In this document: in pieces, positions 35,733-48,384 of the stretch
Layout: each line of letters opens with the position of its first letter
Numbering within the stretch: position 1 is the stretch's first letter
Assembly: GCA_030295235.1 (NCBI GenBank)
Contig: AP026149.1
Location: forward strand, 620,001-684,000
DNA: 64,000 bases
DNA from: Fistulifera solaris
Taxonomy: Eukaryota
Direction: 5' to 3'
Notes under the pieces: model-generated
What the model saw: only the letters and a program-made list of their open reading frames with translations
Databases searched by the model: none
What the model was told of the DNA's origin: nothing
Position numbers and translations under genes: made by a program

Positions 35733-36790
35733 TTAGCCTTTCGTCCAGTCGTAGGATTTCCACTCTTCCAGAAACTGCTGTGCGTGTTCGCGTTCTTTAT
35801 TGTCTTTTCTTCGAAAGCGTATCGGATCCATCTCCAACATTCCCGCTAATGTATCGACCGCAAAGTTTTTCGGGAAGCGTTCTTCTACAATCTGTGCCAT
35901 ACTTGCACGCTTACCGTATTCCAGATAAAAGTACGGCATTTGCGCTGGAATACTTCGGCGCAATCCTTTTGAGTCGTATCGATACATTTCGTGTGCGTGC
36001 CCGACAATTCCGACGCTTGTTCTGCCAATGCATTTCGAAAGAAAAGTGGTACATCGGACGCTACCTTGGATGGAATCACGGCCACCTCGAGCCGCGTTTG
36101 ATGAAATTGTTGTGACGGAGGTACGAATTCATAGCACACAATGTCCTTTTTCTTCGCTGTATACATGTCACGAAGACTGGTCTGAAAACGCTCAATTTCT
36201 TCCCAAACCTGATCGTCGGCTGCTGTTAGTGAAGGCACATGCTGAATGGGGACAAGATAGAAATGCTTTCCTGGGGTAAGTGATAGCTTGGGTGGTGCCA
36301 ACACCAGAGTGACATGATTTCCTGACACGAGAAGTCGATAACGATCAAAGGTAGGCGCCTCCAGCCACCACCAGCACTTGGAGGTAAGTGATTGAATGCG
36401 GCCGTATCTTGCGGTTTGTCTGTGTTGCTTGGACGATTCTTTGCCTTCTTTGAGAAGCGACTGCATTTGATCAAAGGCTTCGTCATCATCGCCCCATGTA
36501 TCTTGCAATTTACGTTTGTGTTTCGTGTTGCGTAAAATATTACGAGCCTCCAACTCGGATTGAGACAATCCCGTTTCATCTTCATCTAATAGCGCGGCGT
36601 AACCGGATGGCTTGGAAGAAAGACCGGAAGGAACAGCGACACGCGATGGTTCGATGGCTCTTCCGCTCTCTAAAATGAGTCGAAGCTCTTCTGCCGCCGA
36701 TACATTTCGATCTTTGCCTGATGCCGGAGCTGTTGTGCTGATATTATCAGGCTTTCGTTTGGCTTTTCCTGTTTTGATACCGGAAAGCAT
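35733..36790 (-). CDS. CWF19L2: CWF19-like protein 2 (CwfJ C-terminal domains)
   Basis: LTPGKHFYLVPIQH, DDQVWEEIERFQTSL, PLFFRNAL, KGLRRSIP, PYFYLEY and WKSYDWTK; frameshift near 35965. Confidence 0.85.
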
Positions 36791-38054
36791 CTTGTTGCAG
36801 TGTCTTTATAATGAAACGGTTCGAGTGTGAACGGGTGCGGGTTGATGTCAATGATTGATTTTTTCTTTTCCGTGTGAAAAGAACACTATCACGGGCGACG
36901 GAGGGACGAAAACTAAAATCTTAAATCTGAGGTGATGACGTTATGATTATGATGTCATTCTCCTTTCTCCTGGTTCCTGGTTCCATAAATCCAAAAAAAT
37001 CCCAAAAACGCTGGTCGGAATTCGGAACGCGTAACACGGGAACAAGGGGGCTAAGATAGAAATTAGTGGACTAATTTTTTCGCAAAGTCGTGTTTGAGGT
37101 TGAGCCTCTTCAAGAAGCAAGGAAAAGTCCTCCTCCGCGGTCTGTACGTCTGCGCAACGCATCACCCTCTACACTAGAGTAAAAAGTGCCAAATATCCCT
37201 ATTTCTTATCCCTAATGGCATGTGGATAGTATTGTGCTTTCAGCTACTTTTTTCTCCATACATTTTATCTTTTGTCCCTCTGAAAGGCATTAAGTCCTGA
37301 TCATAAGGTGTTGATTTCGATCCATAGTACGGTGTCATAATGACCAATGCTAGTCATTCAGTCATTTTGCTTCGTCCATTTGCCATTTACCACAGAGGTT
37401 TTTCCCCGTGGCAGTTAGCGACGCCGAAAATGACCCTTATGTGAAGTGTTCTGCGTTCTCAAAGTCTTTTTGAATCACAGAGGGCGACGGACGACCTTTC
37501 GACAACGTCCCTTGGTGCGAGCCAGCCGGACTTGCCGGATGAATACTTAGGTCAAAGGTGAGCTGCAGACGAGCCAGATGGACGAATATTTATGCGGCGA
37601 ACTTGGCCGTTCAGTACGCTCTAACTGTAGAGGAAAATTCCTCGTCTATGTAGAGGACAAAAATGTCCGACGTGAATTGGCAAATCGCAGAAATATTTAA
37701 TGGGCCTTTGCTAATCGGCGAAAATGCACCCTCGGATTGTACCTTCTCTTTAGAAACGTAGATACGTGTAGCCTTCCATCCAACGGATGTTTATGCTCAA
37801 GCTCACTGCATCTAAAAAAGTATCAACGAAAGAGGAGCGGCGAGCGGCAGTTTGAATCGACAAAGCTCTACCTTGTGTCCACATCATCAACGTATTGCAC
37901 CCGTTCGCATTTCATATTCATCGACTTCTGTGCAAGAGCTTTGCTATTTTATAAAACAGCGCTATACGCTTTTTTCAAAGTCAGCTTACGATCGATCGCT
38001 CTCATTACGTAGTTGAAGGAGCCGTTTTGTGGTTCGTTCAACAACACACAAAGT

Positions 38055-39029
38055 ATGAGGCTATTGGGATACGGACAACGAACCACAGCGGAAGACCTAA
38101 AGAGTCGATTTCCGAAAGCAACAGAGTCAGAATGCCGACGGTTTCACAAAGCTTGTCCTCGTGACGCGGCGGATAAACTCGGTGCTTATCTTGAATGGCG
38201 TGAAAAGCATCAGTTGGACTGCTCGCAACACTCCGAGGACCTCAAAACTGCCTCGAAGCCAGCCTTGGATGATGGCTGGTGCGATGCCGTTCGAAAAGCT
38301 ATAAACGATGTAGACGGATCACAAGCTTCGTCAGACAGTTCTTCCTCTACAGGCTCGGGTGTTTCACCCTGTGATGCGATTTTTCTGGAGGACTCTCCTG
38401 CTGAAATAGCCGAGTCAACGCAAGTGTATCTATTCCATGAAAACCAACGCAGCGGCGAAAGCGATACGAGCAGTGACCCCGGCCCGGAATCGCCAGGGTT
38501 CGGCCTTACTATTCCTAGACAATGTATACATATTCCCAGATTCGCCGATGGACGAAACATTCATGATCTGGATGGTCATAGGATTGTTATGCACTATCCG
38601 GGCCGTCTGGAAGTTCACAAAATGTCGAATGACTTTTATGCCGATGCCATGGCTCTCTTTATTGAGAGTAACCTCGATCGCAACAATGAAGAAAAAGTTA
38701 CTTTATGTGTAGATGTTCGACCAGGCCGAGGCTGGCCTAACCCTTCCGTATACCATTTACTTGGCTTAATTCGACAGGTGGCCAACGCATTACATGATCT
38801 CAATCCACAACGATTGCATCACTGTATTCTTTACCCCATACCTCGTGCCGCCTTTTACATGTGGAAGATGATTCAAAATTTTCTTGATCCCTCACTGCGA
38901 GAGCTCATGGTCCTTATCCCAGGTTCAAGTCTAACCGCCCCACTGCCAGCCAGGGCGATGTATAAATACATGAACGAAGAGGCACTGGCGTGTCTCGAGA
39001 GATACCGCGACAGCCTTCAAGATAAGTAA
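38055..39029 (+). CDS. CRAL-TRIO (Sec14-like) lipid-binding protein
   Basis: ECRRF...YLEWREKH N-cap; DLDGHRIV, VDVRPGRGWPNP, PQRLHHCILYPIP...WKMIQNFLDP. Confidence 0.8.
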   Translation: MRLLGYGQRTTAEDLKSRFPKATESECRRFHKACPRDAADKLGAYLEWREKHQLDCSQHSEDLKTASKPALDDGWCDAVRKAINDVDGSQASSDSSSSTGSGVSPCDAIFLEDSPAEIAESTQVYLFHENQRSGESDTSSDPGPESPGFGLTIPRQCIHIPRFADGRNIHDLDGHRIVMHYPGRLEVHKMSNDFYADAMALFIESNLDRNNEEKVTLCVDVRPGRGWPNPSVYHLLGLIRQVANALHDLNPQRLHHCILYPIPRAAFYMWKMIQNFLDPSLRELMVLIPGSSLTAPLPARAMYKYMNEEALACLERYRDSLQDK

Positions 39030-39591
39030 CGTAACAGATGTTACTTGTTATAGACCAAGTAAAGAAGACCACCTCGCTGCAGCTACCTGGAGAAATCCAG
39101 CATTCATACCAATAGTTTACTTTCTATTATTGATTTCAACAAGTCTACTAGCATTACTTTCGTTGCTCTACGTCGAGTTGACTGGAAATCAAGTCGCAAG
39201 CGATCCGCGAATTCCAAAGGTAGGAGTCATACCTGGTAGTCATAGCCGGTCAGAACCGCGTGATGATGCTGTGCCAATAAATTCCAAAAATGAGAGTGCT
39301 ATTTGCGACACACATGTACTAGAGAGAGACGCAAGCCGAACGAGACATGAAGCGTAAATCACCAAACATCAACCACCGAACACTAAATGACTAGACTAAA
39401 ATACCTTTTGAAAGCACATTCAATGAATTCATGATGACAATATATTTGATTCGAGTTCTATGAGGCCCCCGCAGTGAAAGCATGTGATTAGAATTGCACA
39501 TGCACTACTTCAAGAAAAGGCTGGCAGTAAATTTGAAAAGATGTGTATCAATCAGTCATCTGCTTTCCTGCTATCCTAAAAGGAAGCGAAT

Positions 39592-40653
39592 CTATCGTAC
39601 GAGTTCAAACACTGCTCTCCCATCAAAGGGATGGACTTTCAACAGGCTTCCTGAGTGCGGCCGTAGATGCGCATTTTCAATCCATGATCGAATTTCGCGA
39701 GCAATATCGGCAGGTTTCGTCCACTCTTCAAAGTTTGCCTTGGGGTTACTTTTCCGATTCATTGGAGTGTCAATGGTAGTAGGAAGGATACCAACCACAG
39801 AGAGTTCATCTAGTGCTGGCAATTGTCGACGCACGGATCGTCCTATTTTTCGAATGGACTTGCTATCCAAGCTTTTCCCCGTGGAAGCACCCAGCGTTCG
39901 AACGAGATGATGCGTTGCCGCCTTCGCTAATCCATAGCCTAACATTCCTGGGGTTGGAGAAAGGGCTGCTGTAGCCCCTATAGCAACCATGAGACTTCCT
40001 GGATTGAGATAGTGCTGAGCAGCGAAAGCGGCTGCTACACACGGATATAAATTCATGTGCATCATTGATTCAGCGACAGATGCATATTCTAATGCACATT
40101 TTTCGATTTCGTGCTGCCACTCGTCTGCGTCTGCAATATCCAGACTGTTTCTCATGGACGGCTGTTGAGATGGTGGCGAAGGATCGCGTTGCCAGCCGCC
40201 GTTCGCGCAAATAATAGCATCTAGTCCACCTTGCTTCTCGCTTTCCAATGCTAAATGAATTCCACGGGCCAAGTCCTTTGTCAATCGCTTTAAATCTCCA
40301 TTCGGTTGTAGGGCAATAAATCCATCAAGTTCGTAACCAAAATCTGAAGGAAGCTCCAAAACATCGGCTCCAATGACACTGATTCCGCGCTGCAGCAAAT
40401 GACTTGCCACGGAAGACCCCAGTGCACCAGACGACCCCAAAACCAGTACAGTTCGTGACAGATCATCGTCGTCGTCCTCTTCCAGAGTGCTGAAATAGCG
40501 AGACGATTGATCGGGAGAACATTGTAATGACATTGTTGTCTTTTGGGCCTTTCGATTCAAACGCGAAGTACTTGTAAAGCCATGGATGTCTCTTCGCGTG
40601 GTAGCAATGTGGTTGAGAGTGGACCGGGAGGATCGAAAAGTGCGAATGAGCAT
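39592..40653 (-). CDS. QDPR: Dihydropteridine reductase (SDR)
   Basis: VLGSSGALGS, DAIICANGGW, TPGMLGYGLAKAATHHL, ILPTTIDTPMNRK, WTKP; Arg/Ser-rich N-terminal extension. Confidence 0.92.
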   Translation of the reverse strand: MLIRTFRSSRSTLNHIATTRRDIHGFTSTSRLNRKAQKTTMSLQCSPDQSSRYFSTLEEDDDDDLSRTVLVLGSSGALGSSVASHLLQRGISVIGADVLELPSDFGYELDGFIALQPNGDLKRLTKDLARGIHLALESEKQGGLDAIICANGGWQRDPSPPSQQPSMRNSLDIADADEWQHEIEKCALEYASVAESMMHMNLYPCVAAAFAAQHYLNPGSLMVAIGATAALSPTPGMLGYGLAKAATHHLVRTLGASTGKSLDSKSIRKIGRSVRRQLPALDELSVVGILPTTIDTPMNRKSNPKANFEEWTKPADIAREIRSWIENAHLRPHSGSLLKVHPFDGRAVFELVR

Positions 40654-41107
40654 CCCACTATGATATCTTAAGCAGAACCGATCCCAGCGAAGTTATTCTT
40701 CACGCTTTCGCAACAGCTTTCGTAATCACCAAGACTAGTTTTTCGCAATTTGATTCAATGTATGGTTGTCTAACCAAATTACTTATGAAAGAGCTTCGGG
40801 GCTATAAACAAAATGGCTTGTCGATGAGCGAAGGCAATTCAAAGGAAGTGAATGCGAATGCAATACCTGTTAAGGTGCAGAAGGGCGAAGATTTTTTCTG
40901 CTGCTTGACATCAATACAATCACCGACGCATAACAGACAAGAAGGGTTTTGGTGTTTGATTAAACACATATATATTTTATTCCTAATTTTTTAATCGTCA
41001 GAATCTAATCTTGACATTCGACTGAATTTTCCACTTTTCATTCACATATATTTCAGTCTGACACTTCAATGAGTAAGCTTTGGTTCTAACTCCCTAGCCT
41101 TAGTGCG

Positions 41108-41740
41108 CTAGTAGAGGGCCAGTCCCGAGCCCGTTTCCCAATGAGGGGGATTCCGTTTTGGCATTCCTTCTCTTGGATTTCGCAGAAGCATACTAACTGA
41201 CCTGACCAGGGAAAGACTCATGCGCGCCCGGATGAAGCCACAGATCTCGGAGTATGGCTTGTTCCACTTCCGCTGAAGTTTTCTTGCAAGCTGTCTCGAT
41301 GCTGAAATAGCCTGTTGTCCCATCATTCCGTCAATGGAAAAGACCAGGGGAGTGAAGTCTCGTCTGCGTTCGTGGCAAGGGGGTCCGTACATGCTACGCT
41401 TTTCACGCTCTTGAGAAGCCAGAACCTTAATCGGGTCACGGTTTCTGTATGACGGTGCGTCGGTATCAGTAACTCGGACATCGAAAATGGTCGTTCGTCT
41501 CTCATTCCAAAAGCCATAGGCCGAAACATCTCCTCGAAGCTCTTGAACCTGTGTACTGTTGTTGCTGTTGCCAAATGTGTGAATGGTAGGCTCATCGCCG
41601 AACAGATTTGGGTCCAAAGGCTTGCGTGCAAAGAGACATGAATTCGCTTTCAGATCGTCGTGTCTCTGGATAACAAGTCCACCGTTTTTGCATTGTTGTG
41701 CATGTTCGACTGTAAACGGTTTATTGCATCCATCACATTC
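41108..41740 (-). mobile_element. 5'-truncated non-LTR retrotransposon 3' end (RLE-type, CRE-like)
   Basis: CDGC-x7-H-x3-C knuckle, GG...RHD, RGDVSAYGFW, FDVRVTD, EREK...Y, FTPLVFSIDG; no RT domain upstream. Confidence 0.85.
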
Positions 41741-42174
41741 GTTCTACAAAATAATTTCCTTATGTCGTACTAGTTTTGTACTATAGAATGTTGTGTAGTC
41801 TTGTGTAAGTCTTTATATACAACCAATTTTTCGAGAATCAATATTCTTGTTCAGAGACAGTAGCTAAGTTAATGAGGTTCCTACCGACGACTAGCTGTTG
41901 CTGATTGCAAACAAGACAAGTGTTACTGTCGCTCGAAAGAGTTGTACGAATATTTGACACCCCTCGTGGGCCCCCCTACCTTTGCAGTTCCTACTTCATG
42001 CTGTCGTTGGCAAAAGAAGTGTTCTCGTTGGCGATAGCGACATTCAGTCCAGCCATGGTGCGCAGGTTCTTGATTGTGTTTTGCTAGTTATATGTCTAGA
42101 TAGAAAGCGCAGATTCGCTATTGCACACGTTATTTTATTAATTTAGCCATTTGTTGGCATCCCTATTCTACAGT

Positions 42175-43116
42175 TTACACTTTCCAGTTGCCCATCGCAT
42201 AGTTAAAACGCAGTTTTACCACTTCTCCAAACATTTTCCCGCAAACGGCAAGTACCCCACCAGGGGACGACACCAGTTTCGACCCGTGTTTGTCTTCCCA
42301 CAACACGGATACCTCTCGCACGCGAACGCCTCGTTGTTTCGCTCGATAGAGCACTTCTACATCATGACTCCACCCAGGTAAGTGCAGATTCGTGTACAAC
42401 AACTGTGCCGCCGGTAAGGTCATGAGCTTAAAGCCACACTGGGTATCTTGAACGTTCAAATCGCCACAGACAGATCGCACTACCGAGCGAAATCCCCATC
42501 GGAAGAATAGCCGTAAAGCCGACGGAGAATCGTAGGTACGAAAACCATTGACGAGGAGAGGTTGACTGTACTCGTTTTCATCTATTGTTGAGTTACTCGC
42601 CAGTTCTTCTTCCATGACGCGAAAAAATGCCTCTAAATCATCAATTCTAGCACTTCCATCCGCATCTGCCGTCAGGATTATTCTCGGATTCGCCGATTCC
42701 TCTTTGTGTCGTTGCTTAACAATGTGTTGTATGCCGTACGCCAGTGCCGCACCTTTTCCTTGGTTGGTCGGCAACGATGTGCAAACAGTGGGAATTTTTG
42801 TCTCTAGCTCACTCACGACACGAGCAGTATTATCCGACGACCCATCGTCTATAACTAGGATTGATGTGCGGTCCTGCCATCGCGATGAATTCGATAAATA
42901 GTGCGCGTACAATTCCAGTGTTTCTGTAATTCGAAATTCTTCGTTGTAGGCCGGAATTAAAACGGTCAGTGAAGGTACATTTTCGGACTTCGAGTTCGAC
43001 TGAGACATTTGATGCCATCGCGTACTGCGGTTATTTCTTGACAGAGTTCGTACAGTCCAGCTCTTTGCCGTTTGTTGAAACAAAATTACGAAAGCTAGAA
43101 CGATTGTTTGCATCAT
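42175..43116 (-). CDS. Dolichyl-phosphate beta-glucosyltransferase-like GT2 (ALG5-like)
   Basis: VLIPAYNEE, IDDGSSD, NQGKGAA, DADG, DTQCGFKL, WSHDVEVL, WEDKHGSKL. Confidence 0.88.
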   Translation of the reverse strand: MMQTIVLAFVILFQQTAKSWTVRTLSRNNRSTRWHQMSQSNSKSENVPSLTVLIPAYNEEFRITETLELYAHYLSNSSRWQDRTSILVIDDGSSDNTARVVSELETKIPTVCTSLPTNQGKGAALAYGIQHIVKQRHKEESANPRIILTADADGSARIDDLEAFFRVMEEELASNSTIDENEYSQPLLVNGFRTYDSPSALRLFFRWGFRSVVRSVCGDLNVQDTQCGFKLMTLPAAQLLYTNLHLPGWSHDVEVLYRAKQRGVRVREVSVLWEDKHGSKLVSSPGGVLAVCGKMFGEVVKLRFNYAMGNWKV

Positions 43117-43621
43117 CGCGATACCAGTAAGGTATCATTATTATTTATGTATCTTCCTCGAGAGAACGACGTGCGAGTGCGAATGTACGATTGTGGCAGG
43201 CGCCGATTGCTTTTGCATCGTGCGCCCAATAAGGAGTATGTGTAACATTTTGTGTAGAACCAGGAAAGGACGTTAAAATTCTGCCTCTAGTACAAGATTC
43301 TACTTAGCATCCACGACGAGGCAGAATTTTAACGCCGTTTCCAGAAATAGCTTCATACAGCGATGATTCTTCTTCTGTGGTTGGTCCAAAAATTCTGGAC
43401 TGTGTTGCGTCAGACAGATATTCTGTGACCGTCGTTCCAGAAATTCTGGAATTATTGGTGTTCACTGCTAAATCCAGACAACACGTTGACACTATAGTGA
43501 AGCTTTGAAGCAACAATGCGTCGACGCGACGGTTGATGTAAATGCGTCGCATGCGTATATTTCTTTCAATGAACCCCAATTGAAATATCATAAGCAACAG
43601 TTAAGCTCTTGGTGTAGCTGA

Positions 43622-45158
43622 ATGAGCGAAGAAGTATCGACCACGTCGGCCGCTTCGTTGGCGCTATTTCTCGGCAGTTGTGTCGCCTTTGCGTTTTGGA
43701 GGAGAAACGAGGTCGATCACAGAACCATGCTTTCCTCGAAAGAAGTGATTCTTGTGTTACGCAGACGTCTCTTTTCCAAGAGTTTGAGTCTATCCTACGA
43801 GAACTCAGACCCTCTGCTCATCGTCGAGGTAGATATTCGACATTTGCAGGTTGCAGCGTGAGACTTCCCTCTCACGTCTCTTACTCCGTATCACACAGGG
43901 CCGCGGATGTTATTTAATAGACGAACGCGGACACAAATATCTCGATACACGAAACAATGTTGCTCATGTCGGACATTCTCATCCTCATGTCGTCCAAGCG
44001 ATTCAACGCCAAGTGGCTCTCCTCAATACCAATACGCGATATTTGCACCCAACGATGACACGGCTAGCCGAACGACTCGTTCGTCTATTGCCGGATTCAC
44101 TGGAAGTCGTCTTTTTCTGTAACTCGGGAAGTGAAGCGAATGATTTAGCATTGCGTTTGGCGCGAGCTTATGCCAAGGGCAGTGAAAATACGATTGTCAT
44201 GGATCGTGCGTATCATGGTCATACACTCGGCACTTTGCAAGTGTCTCCGTACAAATACGACCACGGCAGTGAAAGTATTCACACAAACCCGTCCCACTAT
44301 TATAAAGTACCGTGTCCTGACACGTATCGAGGTGTACATCGAGATCTAGTTACAGCAGGAACTATGTATGCCAAATACGTACAGGAGGCTTGTCATCACT
44401 TTCAGTCGAAAGGCGAAAAGATCCGTGCATGGATTGTGGAAGGCGGAATGAGCGTGGCGGGCGTCATATTGCCTCCCAAAGGGTACCTTTCGGTGTGTGC
44501 GGAAGCGGTCCGTGCCGCCGGTGGACTCTACATTGCCGATGAGGTACAAACGGGGTTTGGTCGACTGGGGTCTTGTTTGTGGGCCTTCCAACACAACGAT
44601 CCCGCAATCACACCGGATATTGTGACAGTGGGCAAACCATTTGGAAATGGAATGCCCTTGGCCGCCATAGTAACGACTCGTAAGGTTGCCAGTGCATTTG
44701 AGAAGTGCGGAATCGAATATTTCAAAACATTTGGTGGCAATCCCGTTTGTGCTGCGGCCGGAGTCGCTGTCCTGGATGTTTTGGAGAAAGAGAATCTTCA
44801 ACAGAATGCCTTGGAAGTCGGAATGTATCTGAAACAGCAATTCGAATTATTACAGTCAACAATCGAGCTCATTGGAGATGTGCGCGGCTCGGGTTTATTT
44901 TTGGGAGTCGAGTTGGTCCGCGACAGGTCATCGTTGGAACCTGCAACAGCAGAAGCTTCTTTCATTTGTTCGATTCTTAAATCAAAGTATCACATTTTGA
45001 CAAGTATTGACGGACAGTATGACAACGTGATTGTTATAAAACCTCCCATGGTATTTTCGAAGACGAACGCGGTCGAGTTCATTGCCTCTTTCCGGCAAGC
45101 TGTACTGTTAGATCTACCGGCAGTGGATCTCACGAAAACGAGTTTCACTCCTACATAG
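43622..45158 (+). CDS. Class-III PLP enzyme, ETNPPL/PHYKPL (phospho-lyase)-like
   Basis: [72 protein letters not shown]; intron 43829-43898. Confidence 0.9.
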
Positions 45159-45512
45159 CAATGTGGAACGCGTGAGAAACTTTGCGGCAAAGCAAGACAC
45201 AGCACGTCGCTTCTTCTTTCTATTGGATGACCAGTGGTGAAAAGCTGAACGTCTTTTGACAATCTACGTTTCGTTTCGTTTCGTTTTCAAAGCGAATGAC
45301 GATTTGTGCAGGATCTGAAACAGATCGGAAAGTGTTAAAACAAGATCTCTATTTTGCAGTTTTGTTTGTGGTCTGTGCAACGTTCATACTGTATGCTAGC
45401 AAGAGTGAATCTGATTTGCCAAACCCTTTGAAGGTACATAGATCAACGCATAGTTGCGTTAAATTTCGTTGTAGCTTCTCTTCATTCTCAAAGTTCGACG
45501 GCGAATGCGGTC

Positions 45513-46901
45513 CTATGCAAATCCAGTGACAAACTCATTGCCCAATCTCTTCAGTACGTCGGACCAATCGGTCATTCCCTCCAACAAACGATCCGTATCG
45601 ACACGACAAAATTGATTCGATTGCACCAGCTTTTCAAAACTGGCCTTCACAGCGTCAATATCAGCATATTCTGGTGCGTAATACTGCTCCCAGTGAATAC
45701 TTTCTTGCAACAACTCTTCCAACTCTTTCGCTGAGGGACAGATGAGTGGCATGTTGGTAATGGTCATGTTCAGATTGGTCAAATTATAAACAATATCATG
45801 ACGCATGACATTGGTCGTATCAAAGATACCTTTTTCAGCCGCCGCATACACAATATTATCAAAGAAATATTCCAATCCACTTCTCGCATTGGCGTGGATT
45901 TCTCTTCCTTGCGTTCGATAGTACTCACACGAAGTCGTAGCATGGGGCAACGCGTCACAAACAAACTGCTCGGTAATCTTTTGCGTCGGATGGTGCATAT
46001 TAAGCACTGTGACACTGACATTCAAATCATACCACTGCGCCAAATCGTCCGGTAGGTAATGCGATCGGAGTCCGAAACGTTCGTGTTTTCGCAACAGCAT
46101 GACTTCGTTCCACGAATCCAGTGCTTCTCCGCCTTCGTGCGGCCACAGTTGTCGTTCTCGTAATTCGTAGTCGCGTTGTTTGCGGGCACTGATGAGCCAT
46201 TCATGAAATCGACGGTAAACCGCCACGACCGAGACGTCCCAGCGCTCTTGGAGAAAGGGCATGAAATCCTGTTGCACGCGTTCGACGGCCTCGAGATCCC
46301 AAATGGCTTTCGAATAGACTTCTTCGGACAATAATATGTTTTTCCCGCGCCAGCGTTCATCATCGAGCAATCGTAAGAAGCGTTGATAACACGGATGTTT
46401 TGGTTTTTCGCGTAGTTTGTAAGGACAATACAGTAAGACTTCTTGCAGTGCCCTCAAAAAGGTGTATCGTCCCAAGTATATGTAATTGTCGGCTTTGAAT
46501 GTATGTTTTCTAAATTTGTAAAAAAAGTCTTTCTGTAATGTCGTGGAAGCTGTCTTTTCCGGGCCGATATGAATGACAAGATGCGGTTTTGTTGCGTAGG
46601 TCGTTGTTGTGTTGTGTATTGTTGTATATAGCGGAAGATCGGAGGACGATGAGGATTCATTATAATCGCCTTCGGATGGGAAAGAATCATCATCTGATGG
46701 ATAAATCGAAGAGTTCTTTAGCGTTTGTACAGGTATCATAGATGAAACGGCTTCGATTGTTGCGATTTCCGCTTGTAGTGGAAGTGATGAAGGAATTTCG
46801 ATCCTATTAAATACATTCCAGGTAATACTGGTTACCCAAAGAGCTGCTATTCCTACCAGAAGACGAAATGTCGTGAAGACTTGTTTTATTCTTGGTTTCA
46901 T
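45513..46901 (-). CDS. Type II membrane sulfotransferase-like P-loop protein
   Basis: N-terminal TM; HIGPEKTASTTLQ (5'-PSB-like), LLSEE, VYRRFHEWLIS (3'-PB-like). Confidence 0.7.
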   Translation of the reverse strand: MKPRIKQVFTTFRLLVGIAALWVTSITWNVFNRIEIPSSLPLQAEIATIEAVSSMIPVQTLKNSSIYPSDDDSFPSEGDYNESSSSSDLPLYTTIHNTTTTYATKPHLVIHIGPEKTASTTLQKDFFYKFRKHTFKADNYIYLGRYTFLRALQEVLLYCPYKLREKPKHPCYQRFLRLLDDERWRGKNILLSEEVYSKAIWDLEAVERVQQDFMPFLQERWDVSVVAVYRRFHEWLISARKQRDYELRERQLWPHEGGEALDSWNEVMLLRKHERFGLRSHYLPDDLAQWYDLNVSVTVLNMHHPTQKITEQFVCDALPHATTSCEYYRTQGREIHANARSGLEYFFDNIVYAAAEKGIFDTTNVMRHDIVYNLTNLNMTITNMPLICPSAKELEELLQESIHWEQYYAPEYADIDAVKASFEKLVQSNQFCRVDTDRLLEGMTDWSDVLKRLGNEFVTGFA

Positions 46902-47469
46902 GGTTAGTTGTTGATGTAAAGCAATAGATAGAATTGGAATGGAATGGAATTGCCGGTCTTCGCAAAGATTGCGGCAGTTGAAGCGTTTTGTGGTGATGCA
47001 GGCAATGGGCAATGCCACTGTCGTTTCTTGCTTTCTCTGTTCATCCACTTTTTGTTGCAGTATGTCGTTGAAAGTCACGTCTGTTTACGTTTTGTGTAAT
47101 CAGGGTCATTCTGTCGTTGGTCATTGATGACTGCTCTGTCTGTACTCAAAATCGACTTGTTTCTACTTTAGGGTTTAGGATGAAGACACTCCCACCTCCC
47201 ACAACCGTAACTTTAACATTAATCCTTTTCATCTCAATGACGACTCAACTCGATTCCAGTCCCGTTGACGCTGGACTTACGTCATCCGTCTGTCCTACGT
47301 TGTTGTCGTGCGCACCTTTGGCTCGCGCATCATCCAATTTTCGCATTCCGATGATGCGCACTCGCGATCTCTCTCTTTTTTTGTTGCTGTGTTGTTTTTG
47401 TTTTCTCTCGATGATCGAGTTCGCAACACAACATCGCGGTGTATTTCAATTACGCTTACTTCAAATATC

Positions 47470-48299
47470 ATGCGTATTTCCTTTGCTTCGACTCTTCTCT
47501 TGGCTTCCACTGCCAGCGCTTTCACACACATTCATTCTCGTCCTACCTTTTCCACTCGAATCATGGCAACTTCCCAAGAGGAATTGAAGAAACTCGTCGG
47601 TTACAAAGCCGTCGATGATTATGTCAAAAGCGGTATGGTTGTTGGTTTAGGGACTGGTAGTACGGCTTATTATGCCGTCGAACGAGTTGGCGAAAAACTC
47701 AAATCCGGTGAACTAAAAGACATTCTCGCTATTCCAACCTCCGTGCGTACCAAAGAGCAAGCCGAATCACTCGGCATTCCTCTCGTCACTTTGGACACAC
47801 ATTCCAAATTAGATGTCGCCATTGATGGAGCCGATGAAGTTGATCCGGAATTGAATCTCACCAAAGGTGGTGGCGGTGCCTTATTCCGTGAAAAGATTGT
47901 CGAAGTCTGTGCCGACAAGTTTATTGTCATTGTGGATGAATCCAAATTGTGTGACGGCTTGGGACCGGGATTTCCCATTCCAGTCGAAATTGTACCCTTT
48001 GTCACGAACACACGATGCGCATGATTGGTGACTTGCCGTCCTGTAAAGGAAAGTGCAAGCCCGTGTTGCGTTTGGGCAGTGCGGCTAACAACAAAGCCGA
48101 CGGAGACGAACCGGCGGTCACGGACAATGGAAATTACATTGTGGATTTGCATTTTGAAGAACCGATCAAAGATCCGATGACCATGGGAAAAGAAATTAAG
48201 AATGTTGTTGGTGTTGTGGAACACGGTTTGTTCTGTGGTATGTCGACGGCGGTCATTATTGCGGGGTCGGATGGTATTTCGGTCAAGGAGGCCAAGTAA
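47470..48299 (+). CDS. rpiA: Ribose-5-phosphate isomerase A, plastid
   Basis: ASAF presequence; GLGTGST, IDGADEVD, KGGGGA, PVEIVP, TDNGNYIVD, VVEHGLF; 1-nt deletion in the T run at ~48000. Confidence 0.95.
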
Positions 48300-48384
48300 C
48301 TTTAGTATGCGCAATCAAATGATAATGATAACAATGATAATAAAGCGACGTCGCTTTAGCACCATAAGTTTATGCTATAGCGGA

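Noticed and set aside
36900..38000. 1.1-kb gene-free stretch as an RNA gene or mobile element
   Set aside because: No tRNA/rRNA signature, repeats or credible ORF seen; consistent with a long divergent promoter/UTR
43304..43597. 97-aa minus-strand ORF between the ALG5-like and aminotransferase genes
   Set aside because: No recognisable motif or coding support; may be a relic but cannot be supported
31323..45158. Pterin gene cluster (MogA fusion + QDPR)
   Set aside because: The genes are about 7 kb apart with unrelated genes between, and molybdopterin and biopterin recycling are separate pathways
47990..48020. Programmed ribosomal frameshifting in rpiA, GCN5 and others
   Set aside because: No consistent slippery heptamer or stimulatory structure; homopolymer errors explain them more simply
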